Of a DNA stretch of 31,698 bases, positions 19,665 through 27,209 are shown one piece after another (the stretch's first letter is position 1; every line of letters begins with the position of its first letter). The notes under the pieces are model-generated. The model was not told where the DNA came from. It made no database searches and saw only the letters and a program-made list of their open reading frames with translations. The DNA comes from a virus (lineage: Duplodnaviria; Caudoviricetes). The stretch is from positions 1 to 31,698 of IMG/VR virus record IMGVR_UViG_3300020255_000007; one strand, written 5' to 3'. A program made the position numbers and the translations under genes.

Positions 19665-20116
19665 TATTCTGTTCCTTCATTTTGTAATTCTAATTCAGCT
19701 GCTTGAGCTTGCTCTTGGTTAACAGCTACAGGATAAGTTAACGGAGCTGGTGATAATAATCCTAACGGCCCTGTTACGATCGTCTTTCTTCTTCCCATCA
19801 TACGACCTAATTTTCTTCTAGCTTCGATAACGAGACTTAGGTTTGAATAGACAACACCAGAAGGCTGTACAAAAGGATCACCTCTTTCATCCTGGGGATT
19901 ATCATCCGTATTTATAATAGGAGTATCAACAGGCTCTTCTTTTACGATCTGATCAGGGGTTCTAGTTCCACCACCTAAACTTGCAAGTGATACTAATTTA
20001 ACAGTACCATCTGCTTGTGGCTGGAATATCATTCCTTCAGGAGCTCTTTCTCCTGTTTCGGGATGATAATATAACCTCTGCGTTACAGTATTTATCATGT
20101 CTTGTGAAAACGGCAT
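19664..20116 (-). CDS. Pre-portal protein (probable minor virion protein)
   Basis: 150 aa. C-terminal RRKLGR..GRRKTIVTGPLGLLSP motif like small pre-portal proteins of this phage type. Confidence 0.6.
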   Translation of the reverse strand: MPFSQDMINTVTQRLYYHPETGERAPEGMIFQPQADGTVKLVSLASLGGGTRTPDQIVKEEPVDTPIINTDDNPQDERGDPFVQPSGVVYSNLSLVIEARRKLGRMMGRRKTIVTGPLGLLSPAPLTYPVAVNQEQAQAAELELQNEGTE

Positions 20117-20128
20117 TGTATTTCCTTT

Positions 20129-21406
20129 TTAATATCCTAACGGGTCATATTCACTATCTGCGAATTTTTGTGGTGCTTGGTTGTTGTGTCGGACTTCTTT
20201 AATACCGACTGCCAAATATCGAAAAGCGTCAGCAGCATGAGAAGACCAATCATGCACAGGCGAAGGCCTAAAGCTTCGTTTTTTCTCATCATATGCTCTA
20301 TGATATTGCCTTAGAGCTTCCAAGCCTTCTTTACAGCTTGCACTGTCGAAGTAACACCGCTGTAATATGATTTGAGCAGCGTGAATACCATCTTCAAGTG
20401 GAAGCTTAGGAACGACCATAAAGTTGAGACCAAGATCGTAAGCAGTCTCCCTACGAGACTTCCCTGTGCCCAGCTCTCTAACTTCAATATCGTGGGGTGC
20501 ATAGTGTCGATCATAAATGTAATCGAGACTTGCCAAATATTTAATATAATGTGGTAAACCTTCGTTGCGGTTTTCGTAATAGTCGATAACATGAATTGCC
20601 CTTCCTATTTCTTGTGTGAACCAAATTGCCGTACTGTCACCTACTCCTAAATCCCAATAGGTGTTTACTCTATGAGCTGGATCATACGGCACTTTTGTGA
20701 TCCGCTCTTCTTCTAATGCTTTATGCATTTCTTTACCGTAGATGCTTCCAGGTACATTCGCTACCCATGAACATTCAAACTCCTGAAGATATTGATCCTC
20801 AGACATCATGACCTTCGCAGCGTCTAATTCCTCATCATCTAAAATTCCTGTCTCAGACGCTTTATACAAAATTGTATACCAGTCATCTGCTCCCATTGCC
20901 TTCTCATAATAATCATAAAATATATTATGCCCTCTAGGAGTTCCTATAAATATGCACCACCCTTTTCTATCTGAAAGAGCTGGTCTTAATATTTCAGCAA
21001 ATATATTTTCAGGCATATCTGCGACCTCATCCATAATACATCCATCAAGATATATCCCCCGTAAGCTATCTGGGTTTTCAGCACCTAGTAGAGATATTCT
21101 TGCTCCGTTAGGTAGATCGCATCGTAATTCTGTTTCGTGATACCGTACTCCAGGTATCTGTTCTGTAAACTGTTTTATATAATCCCAAGCAACAGCTTTT
21201 GCCTGTCTGTAGGTTGGAGCGAGATAAGCAAAGCGTGGGTTGACTTTGTCGCAAAGAATTGCCGCTCTAAGGACATGGTTGATTGCCATGACTGTTTTTC
21301 CAAATCTTCTATGACAAACAACGACCCCCCATCTGTATTTTTCCAATGCATCATGTAGCTCCGCTTGAAGTGGTCTTGGTTTATAAGGTATGACAATCTC
21401 AGTCAC
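20129..21406 (-). CDS. terL: Terminase large subunit
   Basis: Walker A variant HRRFGKT, APTYRQAK, Walker B CIMDE, IGTP, and nuclease motifs WDLG..D and HAADAFRY. Confidence 0.97.
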   Translation of the reverse strand: MTEIVIPYKPRPLQAELHDALEKYRWGVVVCHRRFGKTVMAINHVLRAAILCDKVNPRFAYLAPTYRQAKAVAWDYIKQFTEQIPGVRYHETELRCDLPNGARISLLGAENPDSLRGIYLDGCIMDEVADMPENIFAEILRPALSDRKGWCIFIGTPRGHNIFYDYYEKAMGADDWYTILYKASETGILDDEELDAAKVMMSEDQYLQEFECSWVANVPGSIYGKEMHKALEEERITKVPYDPAHRVNTYWDLGVGDSTAIWFTQEIGRAIHVIDYYENRNEGLPHYIKYLASLDYIYDRHYAPHDIEVRELGTGKSRRETAYDLGLNFMVVPKLPLEDGIHAAQIILQRCYFDSASCKEGLEALRQYHRAYDEKKRSFRPSPVHDWSSHAADAFRYLAVGIKEVRHNNQAPQKFADSEYDPLGY

Positions 21407-21461
21407 AATCAGTATCTCCTCTATGGAATAATATCGTATAATACCCGCGGACTTTTTCCTT

Positions 21462-21541
21462 GGGGGGTAGGGCCTTGGCTGACGCAGAATAGTACCCCCC
21501 GTTTTCTGCGATTAATTCACCGCAACGGGTACATTACCCGT
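21462..21541 (-). other. GC-rich structured element between terS and terL (pseudoknot plus hairpin; possible packaging site)
   Basis: GGGGGGTA/TACCCCCC interleaved with CGCAGAA/TTCTGCG, plus the hairpin ACGGGTA-CAT-TACCCGT. Confidence 0.5.
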
Positions 21542-21674
21542 AAACTATGGGAGTTATCTGCTGATTTCTAGCGATCAGAGAGTAAATAGAGAATAAACCT
21601 GGATGATATGGGTATTAATTACACATATTGCCCTCGTGCGTGCGAGTGCTGACACAAACAGAACACAACACGCT

Positions 21675-22130
21675 TTAATTATCCTTATTCACTAACTGTA
21701 CTATTTCAGCTGGCTTGATATCTTCCTTATCCATTTGCTCAGTATTCTGCCATTTAATAGTTATGACACCTTGATCCTTCTCGACATTAGCTTTGTTTGT
21801 TAGACCTTTTGGTTGCATCTGTCTTGCTCTCTTATCGAGCCAATATGATGCCTTATCTCGTCTTAAAACCTCACTATGCTTCTCTTTAGCTTCTAAAGGA
21901 AATGGTTCATTCCATATGTCACCAATCATGTCCATTAAAACTTCAGCTTGTGCAGCTCTAGCTCTAGCATATCTTTCATATGCTTCATCAGTATCTTGAC
22001 AATGTCTTAATACTGTTCGCCATGATGGTAAGTGTTTGTCCTTACATATTGATGTTAAGCTTTCACCTGACATCAATCTATCTAAGACTTCAGTAAATTG
22101 TTTTTCAGTTAATCGTTTCTTTCTAGGCAT
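21675..22130 (-). CDS. terS: Terminase small subunit
   Basis: HTH motif GESLTSIC....LPSWRTV and Y.RAR..QAE pattern (Sf6/P22-like TerS), upstream of terL. Confidence 0.88.
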   Translation of the reverse strand: MPRKKRLTEKQFTEVLDRLMSGESLTSICKDKHLPSWRTVLRHCQDTDEAYERYARARAAQAEVLMDMIGDIWNEPFPLEAKEKHSEVLRRDKASYWLDKRARQMQPKGLTNKANVEKDQGVITIKWQNTEQMDKEDIKPAEIVQLVNKDN

Positions 22131-22170
22131 TATTACCTCTAAGTTTTATGTTAATATTTACTGATCAGTT

Positions 22171-22259
22171 GCTAGGACAGCAATAGAGTTTAATCTATGT
22201 TGTTGATAGTTAATTAGTAAGGGAGGAAACTGTCCTAGCTTTGAAGCTCATAAAGAGCT
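22171..22259 (-). other. Structured late-operon leader
   Basis: 10-bp inverted repeat GCTAGGACAG (22171-80) / CTGTCCTAGC (22230-39), plus the hairpin AGCTC-ATAAA-GAGCT. Confidence 0.5.
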
Positions 22260-22274
22260 GTCCAATATATATGA

Positions 22275-22302
22275 TTTATAATCTGTTTCGTTTCATTGGC
22301 AA
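22275..22302 (-). promoter_or_regulatory. Candidate late promoter
   Basis: Minus strand TTGCCA-16 nt-TATAAA between the regulator gene and terS. Confidence 0.5.
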
Positions 22303-22348
22303 CATTGAAATGTCATTTAGATGAAATTAAATTGTCAGTATCTGTCAC

Positions 22349-22765
22349 TCATAATTCTTTGAGCTTGTAATATAGACTAAGTATTGCATCAATAAATTGT
22401 CTTTTGACAGTTCTATAATCAACATTTCTTATTCGTGCTATCATTGCCCAATTAGGGCCTCTCTCTCGGTAAGCAGCGGAGTGAGCTACTGCCCATATTA
22501 AATCTCTATCTTCCTGTGGCATTATAAAGCTAAGTTCTAGTACTCGATCATATTCATCTATCTGTCTTGGTGTTGGTCTGATCTTTGGTTGTTTTGCTTT
22601 ATCCCATCCATATGCTTGCCATGTCTTTCTATAGTCTGGCCAGCTTGTAAGCTTTTGTGCTCTGATTGGTTCTGGTAGTCCTCGTTCAGTCTCCGCAGCT
22701 TGTAGGAATTTTTCAAACAGTGTGTTGCAGTCTTCTTCTTTAAATAGCTTAATATTTGATGCCAA
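22349..22765 (-). CDS. Putative late-gene regulator (DUF6362-like HTH protein, Q-like position)
   Basis: AAETER.LP, WPDY, YGW, RPTP..I, R.LIW and C-terminal HTH W..IAR.....RTV motifs. Last gene before terS. Confidence 0.6.
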   Translation of the reverse strand: MASNIKLFKEEDCNTLFEKFLQAAETERGLPEPIRAQKLTSWPDYRKTWQAYGWDKAKQPKIRPTPRQIDEYDRVLELSFIMPQEDRDLIWAVAHSAAYRERGPNWAMIARIRNVDYRTVKRQFIDAILSLYYKLKEL

Positions 22766-23315
22766 GTATTCTCTCCATCTTAGCCATCCAATGAGCTCTG
22801 TGTTGATCCGTTTTTAGTTTCATTGTTTGTTGTTGGAGTTCAGCGTAATTTGATCTTGAAAGGTTCTTAGCTAATTGCTTCCATAACCTATTCCATCTAT
22901 ATTCAAACTCATTAGCTTTTCGCTTTTCTACTGCTACGCTGTAATTAGGATTTAAATGCTTTGAAATGCTTTTAATATCTTTTTTAATATCATGCTTTAT
23001 ATAGCCAAGCTTGTCTTCTGCTTTAGGGCTATGAATATATTTTGTTTTGGTTTGCTGTGAAGTGCTCTGCTTTATATAGCTCTCGGTATCATATTTCGTT
23101 TTATCGGTCAAGCCATCCACTCCTTCTTCCTTCTTTTCTCCTCGTTTCAAATATCGGTCGAAGCAATCGCTTAGCGATAATTCGCACAAAATCTTGCCTG
23201 ACCCGTTGATCACCCATGTGTCGTGTTGGCGATAATGCAACCGCTGACATACAATGCAGTTTCCTAGCGTTCCTGTTTTTCTGTCTATTAATCTCTTTGA
23301 GCGTTTCTTCGGCAT
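22749..23315 (-). CDS. Hypothetical basic protein with N-terminal Cys cluster
   Basis: 188 aa, CxxC...C...C near the N-terminus. Coupled to neighbouring genes. Confidence 0.55.
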   Translation of the reverse strand: MPKKRSKRLIDRKTGTLGNCIVCQRLHYRQHDTWVINGSGKILCELSLSDCFDRYLKRGEKKEEGVDGLTDKTKYDTESYIKQSTSQQTKTKYIHSPKAEDKLGYIKHDIKKDIKSISKHLNPNYSVAVEKRKANEFEYRWNRLWKQLAKNLSRSNYAELQQQTMKLKTDQHRAHWMAKMERILGIKY

Positions 23316-23320
23316 ACATT

Positions 23321-24274
23321 TTAATCTCCTTTTTCTGCTGTTAATATTGCTAATCCCAGAGGGATCATCATCTGTGGTACAACAGCATTACCTAAAGCTT
23401 TTAATCGTGGTGCTCTGTTTTCTTTTTTATGTGTTATGCGTGGTGTATTAGGTTCTTTTTCCCAGGTAGTTTTGACTGTCTTTTTTCTATCAATATCAGT
23501 CCATCCTGTTTCAAACCCCATTAACCACTCAACCCAATCAGGATTAAGTACTCCTCCTGGTTCTTTCTTTTCTTCATGTATATGTACAGCTGCGACTTCT
23601 GTTTCTAAATATTTCTTATGTCTAAGGTTAGCCATGTTTTCTGTAGCTCTCATATTCATGCCAATAGCAGCTCTTGCAGTTGGCCAGAAGCGATAACCCT
23701 CCTCTACCAATACTTCTTCTTTTAAGTGTCCAGGATTTTTTCTACCCTTTCTATTTGTTGTAGCTTCCTTGGTAACCTTTTCTTGTGACATTGGATTACC
23801 AGCATCAAAAGCTGTAGGTGTATTCCACCAATCTTTATGTGGCCGTTCGCTTAAACTATCTGTTACAGCTGCGGATGTGCTCCATCCATGTGTACCTTTA
23901 ATCATAGATGGTGATGGTCTTTCAAAACTTGATGCTCTTTTAGTCGCTCTTGGAGTTGGCCACAATGATGCACCTTTGTCTTTGGTGCGGAGCTTGGAGA
24001 CCGACAGCACCATATGTAAATGTCCTGACGGTAAAGTTTTCGTTTTCCAAGTTAGTGACCGTACGGGCGAGACCCAATTCCATGTTAACAAAGCCTTGGA
24101 CATTCTCTCCGATAACCCATCTTGGTTTAATGTCTTTAATAATTCTAAGCATTTCGGGCCAGAGGTCTCTGTCGTCTTTTGTGCCACCTTTTTTTCCAGC
24201 GACTGACCACGGCTGACAGGGAAATCCTCCAGCGATAACATTAACTGATCCGATGTTTTTTCTTTCTTCAGCAT
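23321..24274 (-). CDS. C5 DNA methyltransferase, second subunit (repeated TRD-like modules plus motifs IX/X)
   Basis: Three WPTP-like modules, LNPDWVEWLMGF..GWT and RLKALGNAVVP. AAGGA lies 8 nt before ATG 24274. Confidence 0.8.
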   Translation of the reverse strand: MLKKEKTSDQLMLSLEDFPVSRGQSLEKKVAQKTTETSGPKCLELLKTLNQDGLSERMSKALLTWNWVSPVRSLTWKTKTLPSGHLHMVLSVSKLRTKDKGASLWPTPRATKRASSFERPSPSMIKGTHGWSTSAAVTDSLSERPHKDWWNTPTAFDAGNPMSQEKVTKEATTNRKGRKNPGHLKEEVLVEEGYRFWPTARAAIGMNMRATENMANLRHKKYLETEVAAVHIHEEKKEPGGVLNPDWVEWLMGFETGWTDIDRKKTVKTTWEKEPNTPRITHKKENRAPRLKALGNAVVPQMMIPLGLAILTAEKGD

Positions 24275-24452
24275 AATGAAATTCCTTGATGTCTGAATAA
24301 AGAGGTATATCGGGAAATCTTTTTGACAGTACTTTCTGACAATAAGGTTCTATCTCTATAAATGCAGCTGTCTCGAAGCCACCCGTCATGTGAAGACCGT
24401 GTGAAATTCCTCCGATCCCCGAAAACAAATCTAGTACTCTCAGTTTTTCCAA
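23940..24452 (-). CDS. C5 DNA methyltransferase, catalytic N-terminal subunit (motifs I-VIII)
   Basis: DLFSGIGG, GGFPCQ (catalytic Cys), ENV and HQRQR motifs. Stops just after motif VIII. Confidence 0.9.
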   Translation of the reverse strand: MEKLRVLDLFSGIGGISHGLHMTGGFETAAFIEIEPYCQKVLSKRFPDIPLYSDIKEFHYAEERKNIGSVNVIAGGFPCQPWSVAGKKGGTKDDRDLWPEMLRIIKDIKPRWVIGENVQGFVNMELGLARTVTNLENENFTVRTFTYGAVGLQAPHQRQRCIIVANSKSD

Positions 24453-24751
24453 TTCTCATATAGTTGTTTGTATGAAATAAAGTCATCACTAAATCTCTGC
24501 GGGTTATCATCCATTTTCTTAAAAGCGTAGTAGACGGACTTATGATCTTTATTAAAAATAACTGCGATCTTATTATATGTATGAGGTGTAAATTCTCTCA
24601 CCAATAGATAAGCCATCCATCTTGCGTAAACTTCTCTTTTACTTCTGCGTTCTGTAAGCAACCAGGAGGGTTGTACATTGTTGTCTTCACAAACAACAGT
24701 AATTAACTCATTTAACTTAGGAGGTATGTTCTTCAGCATTTTCGTTCTCAA
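24440..24751 (-). CDS. Stand-alone DnaA domain IV-like DNA-binding protein
   Basis: RR....V.AR.MAY.L.RE.T......I...FNKDHKSV.YA.KK matches the DnaA C-terminal HTH signature. The start may be 24739. Confidence 0.8.
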   Translation of the reverse strand: MRTKMLKNIPPKLNELITVVCEDNNVQPSWLLTERRSKREVYARWMAYLLVREFTPHTYNKIAVIFNKDHKSVYYAFKKMDDNPQRFSDDFISYKQLYENWKN

Positions 24752-25010
24752 AATTCACATCTAAATTATAAAAATCAGGAATACCTACCTCACCCATTGT
24801 TAACATTATAATGTTCTGCATTATGTGGTCTGCGGGCCGTGAGAAATCTTTATGATCTAGCGGTAAACAATACCGCCTTGCTACAGCTGCATCAGAAACT
24901 CCGATCTGCTTTGCAAGCTCTCTGTAGGTCATGCCTGTACGACTACCTAGTTTTTTATTCTTTCGCCAAACTTCTAATCTGTTCTTATTAGTATCTTTTA
25001 ATGCCGTCAT
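24717..25010 (-). CDS. Cro-like HTH regulator (start revised to 25010)
   Basis: MTYRELAKQIGVS HTH and I..LT.GEV..PDFY motif. Divergent from the CI-like gene. Confidence 0.75.
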   Translation of the reverse strand: MTALKDTNKNRLEVWRKNKKLGSRTGMTYRELAKQIGVSDAAVARRYCLPLDHKDFSRPADHIMQNIIMLTMGEVGIPDFYNLDVNFENENAEEHTS

Positions 25011-25018
25011 AATACTAT

Positions 25019-25047
25019 TCGTTATGTCAATTCGTTTTGTTTGTCTA
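25019..25047 (-). promoter_or_regulatory. Candidate Cro promoter (possibly leaderless mRNA)
   Basis: TAGACA-17 nt-TAACGA ending 8 nt before ATG 25010, with no SD. The spacer is nearly identical to that of the 25939 promoter. Confidence 0.35.
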
Positions 25048-25139
25048 TCAATTTTTATTGACAGAGTGTGTAGAAGTAACATACAGTGCCTATCAGTGTT
25101 TAATAGTAATAATGTTTGTAAAAAAGGGAGAACAAGATT

Positions 25140-25895
25140 ATGAACAATATAGTTAATTTAAGGAAAGGAAACGAAATGGTAAACACAGTATTAAAGGAAG
25201 CTTTAAATGCTAATACCAATATAGACCAAAAGAAATTAGCAGCAGAGCTAGGAGTGGCAGAAGAAACAGTCAGTAGACACTTAAACGGTAAAACATCGAT
25301 GTCTATCGATCAGGCAAAAGAATATGAAAGGATATTAGGTGTAACAGCTGAAAGTCTTTTAATTAATCCTGAACCATTAACAGTAGATGCTTATGCTTAT
25401 GTAGAGGATAACGGAGCAAGTAATGTCGTTATTTCAGAGAATACTGACAAGACAAAGACTGTAATTCCACCTATTAGTTTTGATGATCATAGGGTTATGC
25501 TTATGAGTATTTCTAATAACTACTATAAGTCTAAGGATGGTTCTATAAATATGAAAAAAACATCTAATATTAGGTTTAATACTTTAATTGTTATGGACAG
25601 TGTATTTCATGAAGAGGAAAGCCATAAATTTGAAGAAGAGTGGTGTTATCTTAAAATATCAGAAGAGGATGTTGCCAAAGATAATGGTCTAGATAAACAG
25701 CTTCATATCGGGCTTCCTTACAAAGAACCTTTTGGAAAACATACAATAGAATTTCCAATTAGCGGGGTCGTTGTTAAGGATGTTTATCTGGAGTGGGCAT
25801 ATCCTATATATGCTGTTGTCAATTTATATAGTGATAGACATCGCTTTATATATGATAGGTCTGTACTAAAGTGCGACAGCTTTAATAGTGTATAA
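25140..25895 (+). CDS. CI-like XRE-family repressor
   Basis: QKKLAAELGVAEETVSRHLNGK...Y..ILGV HTH. Alternative start at 25176. Confidence 0.85.
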   Translation: MNNIVNLRKGNEMVNTVLKEALNANTNIDQKKLAAELGVAEETVSRHLNGKTSMSIDQAKEYERILGVTAESLLINPEPLTVDAYAYVEDNGASNVVISENTDKTKTVIPPISFDDHRVMLMSISNNYYKSKDGSINMKKTSNIRFNTLIVMDSVFHEEESHKFEEEWCYLKISEEDVAKDNGLDKQLHIGLPYKEPFGKHTIEFPISGVVVKDVYLEWAYPIYAVVNLYSDRHRFIYDRSVLKCDSFNSV

Positions 25896-25938
25896 GAGTA
25901 CCTTCTGATATATTAAACGACACTAAATGTCATTTTAG

Positions 25939-25967
25939 TTGACAACCAAAACGAATAATCTTAAAAA
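25939..25967 (+). promoter_or_regulatory. Early rightward promoter
   Basis: TTGACA-17 nt-TAAAAA upstream of the recombination operon. Confidence 0.6.
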
Positions 25968-25969
25968 AG

Positions 25970-25998
25970 AAGCTTCCTAGTAAGGGGAGCTTTTTTTT
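25970..25998 (+). terminator. Rho-independent terminator after the repressor gene
   Basis: AAGCTTCC-TAGTAAG-GGGAGCTT followed by a T run that abuts ATG 25999. Confidence 0.7.
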
Positions 25999-26931
25999 AT
26001 GGCAAATATTCAACCGCCCGATTGGGCTACAAAATTACACATTAGACATCACTCTAACCCACATGGAGTACCGTGGGATCAGAAGGTATTTGATTACTGT
26101 GTAAAGAGACCTCAATTAGAAAAAGCATGGAATACAGTTAAGCTTTTCGATGATGAAGAAAAGAAATTAGAAGCATTTAAAATCATTAATTTATATACAG
26201 AAAAATCTGCGGCTATGGCTGCGGGTATATGCGTACAAGAATTAGCTGATGCAATTATCCTTCATGATGACCAGGAAAAGTATAAAGAAGCTAAAGATAA
26301 ATTTATTTCATACAGACCCGTTGAATATGACCTCAGCGATACTTTAAAACACGATCATTATCAAACAATTATAGACGATGTAGCAAGTAATGCCATTGAT
26401 GGTCTACGGGAAGCTGGACAGGCACTTCGGCTAAATAAATGGGAGGGGGAAAAAGAGTATTTAGTCGATCTGCCTGGTTGTGCTCTTCAGTATAACGGAA
26501 GAGTAGATTATGCATCTGGGAATATCGAATTAAAAACTGTTTGGCCGTCAATTAATAAAAGAGCAGTTGATCCTAAAAATAATTTTACAAAAAAATCATT
26601 ACCAGCAAGACCAAGCCAAGCATGGTTAGGTCAAGTTGCGGGATATTCATTTGCGAATAAAAAACCACCAACAATAGTTGTTGCTAACCAAAGTGGTTAT
26701 AAAATTTTTAATAGTGAAAACTGTTCTGAGTTATCAGATCAATACATGGATCAAGTTATGAATACAACAATCATTAAATGTAAAACAAGAGAGAGATTAA
26801 TGAGAGCTGCTAATGGCAGTGTCGAAGATTTCTTTGGCATGATTGAGCCTGACTTTAGTGATTGGAGATGGAAAACAAAAAACCCTGAGCTCGTTGAGAT
26901 AGCAAAAAGAGTGTGGGGTTTACATGAATAG
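25999..26931 (+). CDS. PD-(D/E)XK family exonuclease
   Basis: E...GRVDY...IELKT...QVAGY motifs. Upstream of the annealase gene. Confidence 0.75.
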   Translation: MANIQPPDWATKLHIRHHSNPHGVPWDQKVFDYCVKRPQLEKAWNTVKLFDDEEKKLEAFKIINLYTEKSAAMAAGICVQELADAIILHDDQEKYKEAKDKFISYRPVEYDLSDTLKHDHYQTIIDDVASNAIDGLREAGQALRLNKWEGEKEYLVDLPGCALQYNGRVDYASGNIELKTVWPSINKRAVDPKNNFTKKSLPARPSQAWLGQVAGYSFANKKPPTIVVANQSGYKIFNSENCSELSDQYMDQVMNTTIIKCKTRERLMRAANGSVEDFFGMIEPDFSDWRWKTKNPELVEIAKRVWGLHE

Positions 26932-26966
26932 TAGAGATGATTTTTTATTTCCATTTGCATCTCTGC

Positions 26967-27046
26967 TTTTGCTAGTGGGTCATCATAACCCTTCATGCTG
27001 TGCTTGGGAGAGCCAGTCTAGCAAAATCTCCCACCATTGGAGGATT
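26967..27046 (+). other. Candidate structured cis-regulatory RNA
   Basis: TTTTGCTAG/CTAGCAAAA, GGGT/ACCC and TGGGAGA/TCTCCCA pairings, directly ahead of a GGAGG SD. Confidence 0.45.
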
Positions 27047-27048
27047 AA

Positions 27049-27138
27049 ATGAATACATTAAAAAGAATTGCAGAATTTATTAGCGTCTTAATGCTGATTT
27101 TTTCAGCTATATTTTTATACATAGGTTTTTACGGATGA
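27049..27138 (+). CDS. 29-aa single-pass membrane peptide
   Basis: MNTLKRIAEFISVLMLIFSAIFLYIGFYG. GGAGG SD, and an ATGA overlap with the next ORF. Confidence 0.65.
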   Translation: MNTLKRIAEFISVLMLIFSAIFLYIGFYG

Positions 27139-27209
27139 ATTATAAAGAGATTATAATATTTATATCATTATATTTGTTGGCACTTTTAGTAGCGGTGAAA
27201 TTGTTATGA
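27135..27209 (+). CDS. 24-aa hydrophobic peptide
   Basis: MNYKEIIIFISLYLLALLVAVKLL. ATGA overlaps at both ends. Confidence 0.55.
   Translation: MNYKEIIIFISLYLLALLVAVKLL

Noticed and set aside
2753-21999. Many short plus-strand ORFs opposite the structural genes
   Set aside because: Antisense shadows of well-supported minus-strand genes, with no recognisable motifs.
23101-23319. 72-aa alternative-frame ORF overlapping the 188-aa gene
   Set aside because: No motif support, and the other frame has a Cys cluster and continues. It cannot be fully excluded.
23321-24452. Methyltransferase as a frameshifted pseudogene
   Set aside because: All catalytic motifs are intact, and the second ORF has its own SD and ATG and stays open through 335 nt of overlap. 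It is not formally excluded.
26923-27052. 42-aa ORF after the nuclease gene
   Set aside because: No clear SD, odd composition, and it coincides with the structured RNA. It could at most be a leader peptide.
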